A stretch of 64,000 bases of DNA from Tubulanus polymorphus. Taxonomy: Eukaryota > Animalia > Nemertea. This document shows, piece by piece, positions 1 to 14,300 of the stretch. The notes beneath the pieces were generated by a model. The model made no database searches, was not told the origin of the DNA, and saw nothing but the letters and a program-made list of their open reading frames with translations. Numbering within the stretch: position 1 is the first letter of the stretch; each line of letters starts with the position of its first letter. The position numbers were made by a program, and so were the translations under genes. The stretch covers positions 23,026,560-23,090,559 of the forward strand of contig NC_134027.1 in NCBI RefSeq assembly GCF_964204645.1. The letters run 5' to 3'.

Positions 1-2376
1 TATTGTTTTTGAAAAGGTATTAATTTCATCGTCTTTGAAAAGAGGATTTTTCTTTGATTTATGTTTGATAAGTTTCGAAGGAAAACTCGTGAGACTCGAA
101 CGTTATACTTAAGTATGGTTCTTTCAATTAAATGTAGATAAGAGAGTCGACATTTAGAAACAAATTCAAGGTGATCTTGAGCCATTAAACATAGACGATT
201 CCGGTATTTCTTCTGAAGTCTGGGTTGTTAATATAACCGCCAACGCGGTGCCTAGAAATTGGGAACTTCTTTATTTTGGCAGTGTATATCATTGTATTAT
301 TCGAAGTCTATTGATGATATAACTTCGAAAATTCTAGACTGTGAACAATTCCCAGGCATGAATTTGAACTCGCTTTCGCAAGCATTCTTTATGACTGTAA
401 ATACATAGCACGTAACGTAGTATCTCCTACATAATACTTCTTGGTTGGAATCGGTTTTTTTACATATCCAATCTTAGTCATTGTTTGAAACGTGTGCCTA
501 CATTATTAGTAGTTTTCTTCAGAAATCACCATTATTCTGGTAAGTAAAATCGGTCACAGATACTTTTTCCTGCAAGTTGTTTTCAATCATGACATTCGTT
601 TTCGGAGTTTTTACAGCGACGCCATATTTTGGCTTGTTCTAAGCGAAGGAACTTAAGAAGGAAATATCAATCATACGTGATTTTGTTTTGAAAATCGAAA
701 GTGCGTACGTTGTGCGTGGTCAAAGTTTTTCTAATTTAGTTGGGTTTGTCATTTTTGATGTATAGGGGCCTATGGGTTTTATGAGATTGTAAAGCGGCTA
801 TTGCCGGAGATCAAGCGTTGGTATACAGTCAAATTCAAAGAGGATAAATATCCCTCTCGCGCATAATCTGCCTCATGACGAGGCCAAATTTTGGAAATGG
901 CACCTTCTTCGATCGCTTGAGCGAATATTATCATCTTTTTCTAGATACAAGACAAGTGAAGTGTGTTATTTTGATTCAAAGAGTTCTCTGTCTATACACA
1001 GCATGTATAGAAACGTAAGAATGAATATTGATATTCCAACTGAAAACCTATCAATACCTAATTAAATGAAACAATATTCATATTGTATTGCGGTTTATGG
1101 ACAACATCATCGATCGTGTAATAAATGGAAATATCTCCCTGGAACTTGTGGGATATATCTCAGTCTTTTTTCAATTCATGTTAAAGTGACGTTTTTCTCA
1201 TTAAGAAACAGAAGTGTTCGTTCGTGACCCTGGTGCTATGCCTAATGATGTATAAGGCAATTAACGGTGAGTGACCGTCGATCTGTAGCTCCCTGAACCA
1301 TGATTGTGTCCTTTTTTGTACGCCTTATTATTGAAATCTAATACGTAGGTTATATAATAACTGGAATAACTTATGGTAAATGTAGTGATGATGAAACGCT
1401 CAATAAACCAATACGTAACTATAAGTTATTCTAACTAACGAAATATAAGAAAAAACTTTTGAATTGTATTCATTGGTTCGATGGTTAAAGTTTATTTTGT
1501 AGTCAAAATTGACCTACTTCTTTGTGATAATTTCGTGACGTTCATTGAAGTGTCAACGATGTTTCAGACTTGTAGGATTGAAATTTAAAGAATTGCTACG
1601 TAGGTTATCTGATATGATGTCATAAGTGGTCACGGTTGAAAATCATCAGATTGGATACTTTCAGGCCGGCGGGAAATTTGTCCTATCATTCCCGCGGTTG
1701 GCAAAACGGGGGCAAATGCTGTGGGAAACTGGCCCCCGAACGGAAGTAAGTGAAAAATACAGTCTTGAGATATTCACAAAAAGCGATTTTTGCCAGGGGG
1801 CCGGGTTTCTCTCGTGAGAAAGATACAGGTCGAACCATTGAATTGAATAGTTTTTAAACTGTCCTATATTCTTGAAGGTTATTGATTAAGTATCTTTGTT
1901 CATTGCGGGAAAACCCACTCAGTATAGGTCTTGTATTTTCGTGTAAACATCGGCATTCAACACTGAATATCGATGATGAACACGATTCTTGTCTGTATTA
2001 TTCGTTTTTACCTAACTTCCTACGTCTTTTTTAAATATTCATTCGACAGAAATTCTAAGCGCTCTTCATCCTGGTTATACGTAGATCAGCAATTTGCTTG
2101 AATACTGTAAGTTAATCGTTTTACTATGAAGTCTAAATTTAAAAAAAAAATCTTCCTTTCGCTTTGCTCTTGTTTTTTATTTACGTAACGAAGGTCACAA
2201 AACTCAATTGCTTAAGGTCAGAAAAACACTTTATTTTTTTTCAGTGTTATCACATTCGATTAATGTTACAGTTTCTTTATTTGTTATGATATTTGTCTAA
2301 AGTATTTGTTATGTTATATTTGCATACTATTTTCTTATTGAAGGTATTCTGTGGTTCTTTGAAAAGCATATAGAGC

Positions 2377-5300
2377 ATGCATGGAAAGGTAAGGACGAGA
2401 GCTACCACGTATTTCATCCAAATTCATTTTTGTAGATTAAATCTATGCAGTTCCATTGATTAACTAAACCTTGTGACTGATAAGTGCGTGGTAAATCATT
2501 ATCTAACGAGATCCAAACGAAAACCGATTTCGAAGCCGATATCACACGTGACAAATTAGTAATGCACACATTAATTTTCGGTCCCGGTTTGACAGTGTTA
2601 TTTATCGAAACAGTCCAAAGGGTTTGATTTACAAATTCACATCTAGCGCAGACAGCCACCCCTGATATTCTAACATCGAGCAGATTGTGAAATCATGCTG
2701 CTTCAGTACATTATCTTCATTACAGAAGTGTTTGGCAGGGATTGTGGTATCATTTCTAATGTGGACAGGAATAAACGGTAATATACAGTACAGATTTCTA
2801 CTTGCAAAGCCGACCACAAGTGACATGATTAATTCATTTTGCATTGTGAATGTAACAAAAATTATTAGAAGACATGCAGTCATCGGCTTTTCATGAGATT
2901 TGACATCAGGATAAAAGTTCTTTGGTCCATTAGTAAGAATGCCCTAATCCGCGTACGCTGTAGATGATTGAAGAAATCCCGCAATTCGAATTTGTATGAA
3001 AAATTTATTTCTTTATCGTATAAAATAAATGGGATTTCTTCAATTAATTCCTTAATCCACATAATGACAAAATATTTAATGCGCCATAGGCAATCCTGTC
3101 CTTTTTCAAAGCAAATTTGACTATGAGAAGTTTTGTACATCCTCTACCCGACCACCATTACGATTTCCACAAATTTCCACTCGGACTCACTTCAGCATAT
3201 CAAGGCCTGACAACTAATAGATTGACGCAGTTTATACTCAACACAAATGACCTTTACACGTTTCGTAATTCAAATATATATTCTTGCAACGATTACTCGG
3301 ACGCAATTTTATAAACGTTTTTCCTGATAAAAGTATACCAAGGGAATGCACTGTTAATGATATCTTGAGGAAATACAATCTGTGAGCAACGTTGCTAGAA
3401 TGTTTTGACATCATATGATTGATTTCATGCGAAATATGTAATGAATAAATCATGTTTCTAAAATCACGTTGATCCAGTTGATAATCAGCCTTGCGTAAGT
3501 AAACATCTGACTAATTACACGTTTTTGTCACGAATTAATAATTCTTTCTGGATAGTTTCTCAACAACCTCCTCTGCATTTATAGAATTTATAGGCTTCGT
3601 ATAGTGACTTCAACTCGAGTTATTATGGACCAGTTGATATCTGTCTAAAGTCGACTATAAACAAACTTTCATTTCCTTCCATTGAAAATTTCAGGTCAGC
3701 AACAGAACTGTATCGACGGAGCGGATACGACACTCACGACAGTTGCAACACCAGCAGTTGTAATACTAGGTGGCACCACTGTCGTACAATGTCAGGTTTC
3801 ACCACCCGGTAAACATTTCTGCGGTCTCAGAATAACAATGTCTGGCCAATCGGGACATTTTGCATTTGACGAGATTAACTGTCCTAGGGGAACTATCACT
3901 GGGTACACTGGACAATGTGACGTCACAGCTGGACGCTATGGTATACGTATCACTAATGTACGGATGATTGATTCTGGAATGTGGAAGTGTGATTACATGA
4001 ACTCTTTTCCGAATAGTAACACAATGATTACTGTAATAGGTAAGAATGATAAAAAGGTCAATAATATCTCATTTCTCTTATCGTGTTCAGTGATGAAGAG
4101 TGACTGTGAAATTGCATTCACCATTTGATCTAGGTTTGAACAATTCACTGACTGCGAGTGTGACGAGTAATAACGTTAAAGCTTTATTAATTAAATTAAC
4201 GTGAGTAAAACGTGTAACATTTTACACGTACTCTAATCATTTGTAGCATGTTGATCTATAAGAGTAAAATCTCGCAATAAATGAATTGATTGCTAACTTG
4301 TTTAATATTTGAAATATTAGAAATATTTCGGGTGGTTGCTACCACCCTTCTTCAGTCTAAAATGACTGCCCAAATAAATACACAATATATGTAAACATCC
4401 TACTGATGATAAATTTATTATGAAATTGACCAGCCGATTACCCAGCTTATCGACTTATCCTTACGCCCCCCCCTAAGATTCGTAAAAGTAATGTCCCTTT
4501 ACGCATCTTATCATCTCAAGAAGGGGCTCTCCCTCATCTCTCTGGATCCTCGATTGAAAAAAACGCTTTCTCCTTTGTTGGTTCGTTCTCTGGTTCTCAT
4601 ATCAAACAAGATATGGATTTACTACAAGACGTCACGTTACCCTTAATGGCAACAAGTTCATTTCGCTTGATGCAGTCTCTCTGTTCACAGCATCTCTCTG
4701 GAACTCACTTCAGATTTTATCAAACGTTAACTCCCGTCCTGTAATTTGAAGTTTCCTGCCTCAGTTAACTGTCTCGTTGATCTTTTAGAACTAGCGCTAG
4801 AAGAGCCTATTTTCAATTTGATGGCATTTTCTTTGCGCAATATGATTTCGCTACGGGACTCTATCGCCTATTCTAGCTAACCTTTTCTTAGAACACATTG
4901 AATCTGAAATTTTACCCTTTATTCGCGCCTCTTCTATGGCGCAGTTATGTCGATTATATTTTGTGTTTAGTGTCAACTGATCTCATCCTTGACATCTTTT
5001 GACATTTCTTAATTCCCTTTATTTATCCTTCCTAGAAGTTTACCTTCGAGTGGGAGTTCGATGAAAAAAAACACTTTTTTGGATGTTCTCATACAAAATC
5101 TTAATTCGAGATTAGGTTTCTCTGTTTTTCGTAAACTTACTAGCTGTGAATCCTACCTGAATTTCTTTAACTTAACTTAAAGCGGTGGTTGTTCAGGGTC
5201 TTTCCCTTGGGCCTTGGATTTGTGATAAAAACTTTTTAGGCCATGAGATTTTACATAGTAGGGGAGCTCAAATGTGGGTTTCAATTCCATTTTAGCGTAC

Positions 5301-8300
5301 AAAAGTTTTGATGGAAAATTTCAATATTTCCAAATAAATGATTGGGTAAAAGTGCTTTCTTGCATTTTTGGTTTGGGCATTAAGGGGCTATGGCCGCTCA
5401 AAAATGCCCAAGAATCATGGTCAATTTCACTTTATTTGTGTACAACGCTGAAATTTTAGTAACATAATCAACCTTTTTTTTTAAAAAAACTTGCATACCC
5501 GGACAAAGTTTTAAAAGTATCTTCCTCTGTTCTGTTCTCACTGTCCTGATTGTAACCTTTTTATATTGGGGAAACTGGGAAGAATCAAGGAACATAAACG
5601 AGATGCTTTTAAGAGGGTGAAATTAGAAAGTGTGGGGTAGTCCACCATTTTTTGCAAATCGGAGATACTTTTGAATTTCCTGGAGCCAATATTGCTTTTC
5701 CAAACAGCAATCTCACTATAGACAACACATAGTAAGAATCCGCTTTTGATTTGTACTCATTCTGACCGCTCTGTCAACCTCAATAAAGGTTTTAGCCCCC
5801 ATTACATCTGTTTTTCAAAATATGTCAGTACTCCTGTCCCCATTACTTAATGTGCAGTAATTCGTATCTTATTTCATGCATAGACCATGTATTTATGTAC
5901 ATGCGCTGCATTTAATTTTGCAAGTCATTTTAGACTCAAGGAGAGTAATATTTCTTACATTCGAAGTAAACTTTTTAGCTATCAATTCATTTATTGTGGG
6001 ATTATACTCTCATCGTTTTATCACGGATATTTTGTGATCTACAACTGATTCATGTTGATTTATTAATTTTGAAGTGGATGATTTCTTTTAAATTGCCAAA
6101 ATCTATAATATATAATGTAGCAGACGCATTGAAAATGAACCATCGAAGACCCCGTGGTTTTCAATATAGTTTCATATTTACAGTGCCCCCGAGTGGACCA
6201 GTTCTAACATCTCAACCAAACACCGCCGACAAAAACATCGTCGCAGTACAGGAGAATTCACAATTAACAATCACATGTGACGGTTCACAGCCTGGAGCTA
6301 CAGGACTGACGTATAAATGGAGTGGTGTCAATCTATCAGGACAGTCTAATAATAAACTCAGTTTTACACGAATCAGTAAAACTGATTCAGGTGTTTATAC
6401 ATGTAACGCATCGAATATAGCAGGAACAGTTGCTGGTAATATTACTATCAAAGTTCTATGTAAGTATAACGTTAAGATAGATGAACACACGTGATTTACC
6501 TAGTATTCATATTAGGCAATTTGTAACAGAAATTTGTTGGAAATAACCCAGTCAATGGATTCAAAGGAGTTCGTTTTTCAAATCTGTGTTTCATCGATTT
6601 CGATAAAGGAACGAAATATTTATAGGGACCTACTTATATCTGCGTTGAATGCTGGGGAAAACGCGCGCTACTTCTTTACGGAGTTTATTATGAAGTGCAT
6701 TTATGAGGCTGAATTATTTTAAAGTTTCAGATTCTATCCTTATCAAATGACATTTTGTTACATCGGGATAAAGCAATTATCTAGAATAATGAAGTAGGCA
6801 AGAAAATATCGTCAGATTACCACAAAATATTAATCTAAGCGCGTTAATCCTTTAAACGCGGACTCTTCTGAGGCATATTTTACCCTATTCAATCGGGTGT
6901 GTTCTAGACCCCTTATGTCCCATTAATTAAAGCAGATATACATATTTCATTCAAATGAATCTTCCCATCGATCGATATTCACGATATTTCCTCTGAAGTA
7001 TATTCGTCACGATTGTAATCGGGTGAGTTGCGGCTTTGAAAAATATGCGGCAGTTTACCAGCGAACCGTAACGATTAAAACATCAATAACGTACGAGAAA
7101 TTTATTCATGCGAATGCATTGTTGGACTTGACTCGATACTTCATATTTCATATCTATTTGAATGAGAGAAATAACTCAAAAAAGCTTCATGCAAAGGCTT
7201 ATGTTTGTAATAAATATGATTTTTAATGCATTTCAAATGAATTTGGGCCGGTAATCTGAAATATGAAATTGTACAGAATAATCTGTTGCTGTTGTACATA
7301 TAACTCATCGATAAAGATAATCGCTTTTTAACACTTTTAATTTCAGACCCGCCAAGTAGTGTTACATTACAAGGACCGACGTCACCCGTTCAGGAATCCG
7401 TATCTGTTAACGTAAAGTGTACAGCTACAGGGGGTAACCCAGTACCGAACCTCGCCATAACTAGAACACCAGGGGGCAGCACGATAAAACAGGGAATAAG
7501 CCCTCTAACATATTCAACATCCGTCATTAAAACAGATAACCAGGCAGAATATCAATGTAGAGCTACTGGCGCTGGTATATCAACACCAATGATTTCTAAT
7601 AAAGTTCAATTAAATGTCACCTGTAAGTACTGCATTTAGTTTACAAATTACTTGTTATTCCCATGAAGTAATTGCGGTTCTATTTTTGATATAATTCTGT
7701 TTCGTCAACACACCCGGATTTTGACAATATCGAGAACAAATGATTTCTAGTTCAAGCAACAACGCTGAAAATGGTGAAGAAACCAGCAGATTATGTATTA
7801 GTAAACAATAATCAACAGATAGAGTGTAGAACTGACTCGTCAAACCCGGCTGTACAGATTCAGTGGTTCACAAATTCCTCTACAACATGGACAGTACTTG
7901 CCTCTCAATCAGCTACGAGTCAAACTAGTGCAGCCTATCACGGGTTTATGGCTACTAGCAAATTATCTATTACTGCGACTAAAACCATGAATCAGGCTCG
8001 ATACAAATGTCAAACTGGAAATCTTTACAAGGATACAAAGATTACCGTTTACTGTAAGTTTAAAATACATTAGTTCTAAAATATATCATTTCAGATCATT
8101 CGAAAATATTTCGCACCGGATTAATAACCAAATGAAACCTGTTTCTAAACTACACGTAGAGGTTCATTAATGACAGTGAATTGAGAATTTATATGAAATT
8201 CGTTCTATTTTGAATTCGTCCATTTCAGACCCGCCAAGCAGTGTTGCATTACAAGGACCGACGTCACCAGTTCGGGATTCTACTTCCGTTGACTTCACGT

Positions 8301-11300
8301 GTACAGCTACAGGGGGTAACCCGGTACCAAACCTCACCATTACTAGAACACCAGGGGGCAGCACTGTGAAACAGGGAGTTAGTCCTCTAACATATTCAAC
8401 ATCCGTCAATAAAACAGATAACCAGGCAGAATATCAATGTACAGCTACTGGGGCTGGTATACCAACACCAATGATTTCTAATAAAGTCATATTAACGGTC
8501 AACTGTAAGTACCCGGATTGTTTTAACTTCAAATTATTGGTTAATCTCATGCAGTCAATTCAAATACACCTTGGTTGCAAACAATGTCCTCGGGAATTTG
8601 TATTTACTTGCGACAATCCAAAATTTAGTTCTAGCAACAACACTGACAATGGTGAAGAAACCGGCAGATTATGTATTAGTAAACAATAATCAACAGATAG
8701 AGTGTAAAACTGACTCGTCAAACCCGGCTGTACAGATTCAGTGGTTCACAAATTCCTCTACAACATGGGCAGTACTTGTTTCTCAACCAGCTACGAGTCA
8801 AACTAGTGCAGCCAATCACGGGTTTGTGGCTACTAGTACATTATCTATCACTGCAACTAAAACCATGAATCAGGCTCGATACCGATGTCAAACTGGAAAT
8901 CTTTACAAAGATACAACGATAACCGTTCACTGTAAGAGAAAATCACATGTTCGCATCTTTGAATGACCATCTAATAAAGTATCAATCATGACTTTCAATG
9001 TTATATCTTCAGTTCCACCAGAGTCAATAACACTGACTGAAATCCCAAACGGTCCAGTTGTTGAAGGTACATCAAAAACTTTGACGTGTACAACTAAATC
9101 AAGTAACCCGCTGTCTACAATTTTCTGGGCGTACAGCTCTGGGACGACAATATGGACTGATATTTCACCCAGTCCAGCAGTAAATCATAAACCCGGATCT
9201 CAAAGTGCACGGGCATCTACTAGTAGTCTAGCAGTACCAACTGATAAGGATAAAAATGGTAGACAATATAGATGTACAGCTTATCAAAACAGTCAACCTG
9301 TCAATGGTGTCAACACATCCATGACGTTGTCTATATTGTGTGAGTGTTGAATAGGCGATTTATCTTCTTGATAAATGAAAATGCACAATAAATAGATGTA
9401 TTCGTAGCTGTTCGGTAGAGGTCTTGGATTACTGAGGCAATGAAATGAAAAATTATCTTTTAATTTTGTAAAACATAGTAGTTAGTGTATATCAATTAGT
9501 GTATCAATCAAATCCACGAATGATTAATTCGTCACAGAAAACTTGTAAAAAACTGATATGATTTCATATGAGGGAATTTTACTCCATTTATCAGTTACTT
9601 TTTATAGCCGATGTCCGCTGTAAAAAAAACCAGTATGACTATAGTGAACTGATATTTATCTCAGCGTAGAATTAACAAATAAAAACCCTACGAAAGCGTC
9701 GTTGTGTTCTTACAAGTGAACTTTACTCCATGTATTAGTGATATTTTATCACCGATGTCCGATGTAAACAACCAGTATATACACAGTACAACGACAGCGT
9801 CCGGGGGACATAATTACTTTGCATCGAAGGAAAACATTCTAAAACAATTCATCTATCTTTATTCTAAGTTCTATTCCGAATTTCATCCGTATTTTGTTTT
9901 AATTCTACTCCGTTACTCAACGGGATCAAATTCCTGATAGCATTAGTGCAACTGGTACATATCCTCATTTGAGACTACACTGTACATTCTTTCATATTTC
10001 AAGTGCTGGAAAAATTACTCTTGTATTTTCTAGAAACTTTTTATTCTATATACACTGGATACAATATTACATATTTAGTTCAATTCTACAATAGATGCAC
10101 CGCAGCTTTCTTCACAAGTTGAACCCGTTGCCGCAAATATAGGAGAAAGTGTTAGATTTACGATAAACTACGATGCGAATCCGCAAGCGACAACTCTCAA
10201 CTGTAGACACAATTCAACAAATGACCGACGGAAAATGAAAAATACTAGTTTAACGCAGTGGAATGTCATCATACAATCAGTTCAGGCGGCTGATTTTGGA
10301 TCTTATTCGTGTAGACTCAATAACTCAGTTGGTAGCATAGATTTAACACTGAAACTCACTGAGACTGGTAAGAATCATGTGCTATTTCGAATTATATGTT
10401 TTTTTTAGAAATTCGCAGTCATTTGCACTATAGCACTATTTACCACTTATCAATACTAATAAAACCTGCAAATATCGATTGCAGCCTGAAACCTATTTTC
10501 AATGATAACTCTTCTGTTAGTCGTTCATCAATTGATAATATTTGAGTTGTCGGATGTCTGGAGGGATGCTGGGCCCAGGGTTCAGAGTAATACCGGAGTA
10601 ACACTCTGAATAACACGAGACTGCATTTTGCTGAACTGGGATCCCAATAAATTAGTGCAGCGCGCGAACTATAAAACGAATTTCTTTTTTTTTCTTATTG
10701 TTTCAGGACCTCCCAAAACACCGTCAAATCTGTCAGTTATTGCAAAAACAGCCATTTCTGTGACGCTGAGTTGGGTGTCTGAATTTGAGGGTGGTACCAA
10801 ACAAACGTTCGCTGTCAGTTACAGGGCTTGGAATTCCATACAATTCGTGAATAAAGCTGAAATACCCGATCCCGGTTATAGAAAACTGGTGCAAACGAAA
10901 ATAACCGGTTTAAAACCGGCAACTGATTACCAGTTCAAAGTGAAAAGTGTCAACTTAAATCCTGGTGATAATACAAGTCCATTTACTGATATAGTTACAA
11001 CTAATACAAATGGTAAGATTGAAGGCTTGTTAGATATGTAGGTTTTATAAGATATAAATACAGGCCTATTTTTAAGTCCGTTGGAATAATTAAACGTAAA
11101 TTCCTCATTTCTTTAAGTTTCTGATTAGGATAATTTTGTTTGAGTTGAATTCCTCATTCTCGGAAAATCCTCATTGCGTGTCATCGAAGAAATTCAAACA
11201 AAAAGCTGCTTCGGATTATTTTACCAGTAAACTTTGCCGATGTCATTCACATTCGACGTCGCATCATTTCCGGTCAAATTCAGAATCAAGGAGCTTCCCG

Positions 11301-14300
11301 TTGATACGAATATAGGAATCGGAATACGTAGCGACATACGTGCCTCCTCGATCCCCGATCTTGAGAATTCGGCTGTTAGTTCCAGCTAGTGGGATTGGCT
11401 GCAGGTGCTTCATTCTGGATGATTGTGTTGATGATATAATTTTTTCTGCTCTTTTTTTTAAATCGAATTCATGGTTTCTAATTTTCTAGCTATTCCAAGC
11501 GCTATAACCACCGTATTGAAGCAAGCGACAGTAACACAGCAAGGAAATAGTGTCCTGATAAAAATGTCGTCGTTTCCGTCGAAGTACAGCGTCTACGTGA
11601 AATACTGTATCAAACATACAAACGAATGTTTTAATTCTACGAAACAAGAAAGTACTGGCGGTTCGATTAGTATTGAGATTAAAATCGATCCCGATCAAGC
11701 ATACAGTTACCAACTGATTGTAACTGAGAGTAGTGACGTGATTCTGAGCCATCAGGTTGAAATTCCAGGTAAATATTTGCTGGTTAGTGTCGGTAAACCA
11801 AGATCCAAACGTTGAAAAGAGAAAGATAAACAAACAAATAAATGCATAGATATCCCAACCACGCCTATAGTCATTTTGCTAGTTCGCTTTTAATGAAAAA
11901 TATCTCTGGTGAAATCCAGGCCCATCGATACTTCCTTGTCATAATTTGCACATTTTATTTTCCCATTTTTCGATCCTCTCAGTTACTACCAATGTTGCGT
12001 TGATCGGAGGTGTTGTTGCTGGTGTATTGTTGGTCGCCATCATCGTTATTGTGTTCGTGTTTCTATTCGTGAAAGGTCGTCGAGACGGTCAATGGATCTG
12101 GACAAAATACTGCACGAAAAGGTTTATGTTTCTTTTTGTTTATACGTTACTAGAAGTTTCCTCTTCTATTCGCTAAGCTTAATCGAATGTCAATAGATTA
12201 ATTTCCATGCTGAGCAATAGACTCTTATTTTGTCTTTAAGGTATGTCCTACCCGTTTGTGTCCTATTCCCTTTTTAGATGGGCCAAAGAAAAAAGCAATG
12301 CCGTCCTTTGATTTGTACGAGCCATAAAAAACGATAGTCCTTTTTTCAACAATAAGTGTCATTAATTCCACCAATGACTTCATTAATTTTGACGATAAGG
12401 ACATATTTCGTGATGTAAAAGTGGGCAATTTTCGGTGATATATTTCAAAAATCAGAATATTATAAATGGTCTCGAAACTGGTTGTACACGTTAGTTACAC
12501 CACGAGAAGATTCGAATCCCAATATTCCATTTAACCGATCCCTTTCACTAGCGACAATTATATTTTCAAAATGTGTAATCGACGTGTAAATAATGCAGCG
12601 AAATCATTCTTTCATTTCAGAAAAACTGGAGAATCACAAGTTGGTAAATGAAGTAGAAATAGATTTGTTATTCGATGGGAAATATAATATAATGATAATA
12701 TTATCAGTAATTTCATCATTATTTGAATTACAGGCCTTCTAGGGTTTCATCGGTTTTCCATACACTGAATATTTTTAAAACGAATACGTAACATCAATTC
12801 TATGATATTTTTGATAATAGCGTCATTCTTGAACAGAATTGTTCTTATAATTTCAGTTTATTCGAACACGAAGGAATCCCCGTGTATGTATATTCGATGC
12901 ATTTTCTGCCTTCGTGTCTCACTGTGAATTGAGTTTACTATCGAAAAATATGATATTTCAGACTCTTACGCCACGGTAACACCGAACGTAAATGCGGCTT
13001 TTGAAGGTGGTAAGTCAATTATCATTAAATCACTTTTTCAATTTAACTTATTATACGTACATTTCTATGAAAACATCTATGAGAAAGTTTACAAAATTTT
13101 AGTCTCACCAGTGGCAAGATGTCGTCGACATCTGTACCAACTATTTTTGTTCCAAATCCTCACAGCCGCTATTCCAAAGTGCCACCTTATCATTTTAGGG
13201 ATACGAATCATTTTTCTTATCTCATAGAATTTCAGGGCTTTTAAAGATTTTATCAGTTTTTACGAAACCCCACAAGGTGAAAACTCATTTTTCCGTGGCC
13301 ACTGAGTAGAGACAATAGCTTGATGTAAGTGCTTAATGACCTCACCATCTTCTAACCAGTCTCACTGCTTCTATTCTACCCCCTCCTGAACGGCGCTAGC
13401 TATCCTTTACATGTCCCTATATTCTATTATAGCAACTAAATGCTCTTCTATCTTTCCAACAAACTCCCACCTTGTAATCTGAGCCATTTGCCATCAGTGT
13501 GCACACTGCACACTCTACTCATATATACATTTAACTATTGAATCTACACCAAAAAATAATCTTCCGTTCGAACGGAAAGGTTTGTGGCCTCGAAAAAAAT
13601 ATGTATTTCTCAGCATGTTACCATAGGTTTTCTATTTACTTACACTGAATATTATATTTTTTCAATCTTGGAATAATTTTCATCATTTCAGTCTATTCAA
13701 CCAGTAATCAAGCCCATGGCACAGATCTGTGTATGTTTATTCGTTGCATTTGATACTTTCTCATTTCACTGCGAATTTAGTTTACAATTTATGGAATATG
13801 ACATTTCAGACTCTTACGCCGCGGCCACAAGGAGCGTAAACAAGGCTTTTAACGGTAGGTCAATTATCATTGAATTAAGTCACACATTTCTATGAGAAAA
13901 TCTAGAAAATCTAGGAGACAATATAGAAAAATTCTAACGAAGGGCTAGCTATCGTAGACATTTTGTTTCAATCATCCTTGACCTAGCCTCCGCGCCTGCC
14001 TTGTCATTTTCGGGAAAGTGAGCATTTCATTAATCCGCTTGCATTCTTAGTTTTCCTTCGTTAAAATCTGGCTTCTGAAGATATTTTACTGTTTTCTAAA
14101 AACACTGAATATGTGATATTAGGAAATTCATACATATCATCTATGTTTTTCTGGATATAATTGATTTTATATTTATTCCTTGAACCGAATTTCCACCATT
14201 GCAGTTTAATCAAACAGTAATGAAGCATATGACAAAGACTCGCGTATGGATTATATTCGTTTCATCTGAAACCGTCTTATCTCCCTGTGAAATGCGTTTA

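Noticed and set aside
1243-1300. Possible C/D-box snoRNA (ATGATG...CTGA)
   Set aside because: Imperfect C box, no terminal stem and no identifiable guide.
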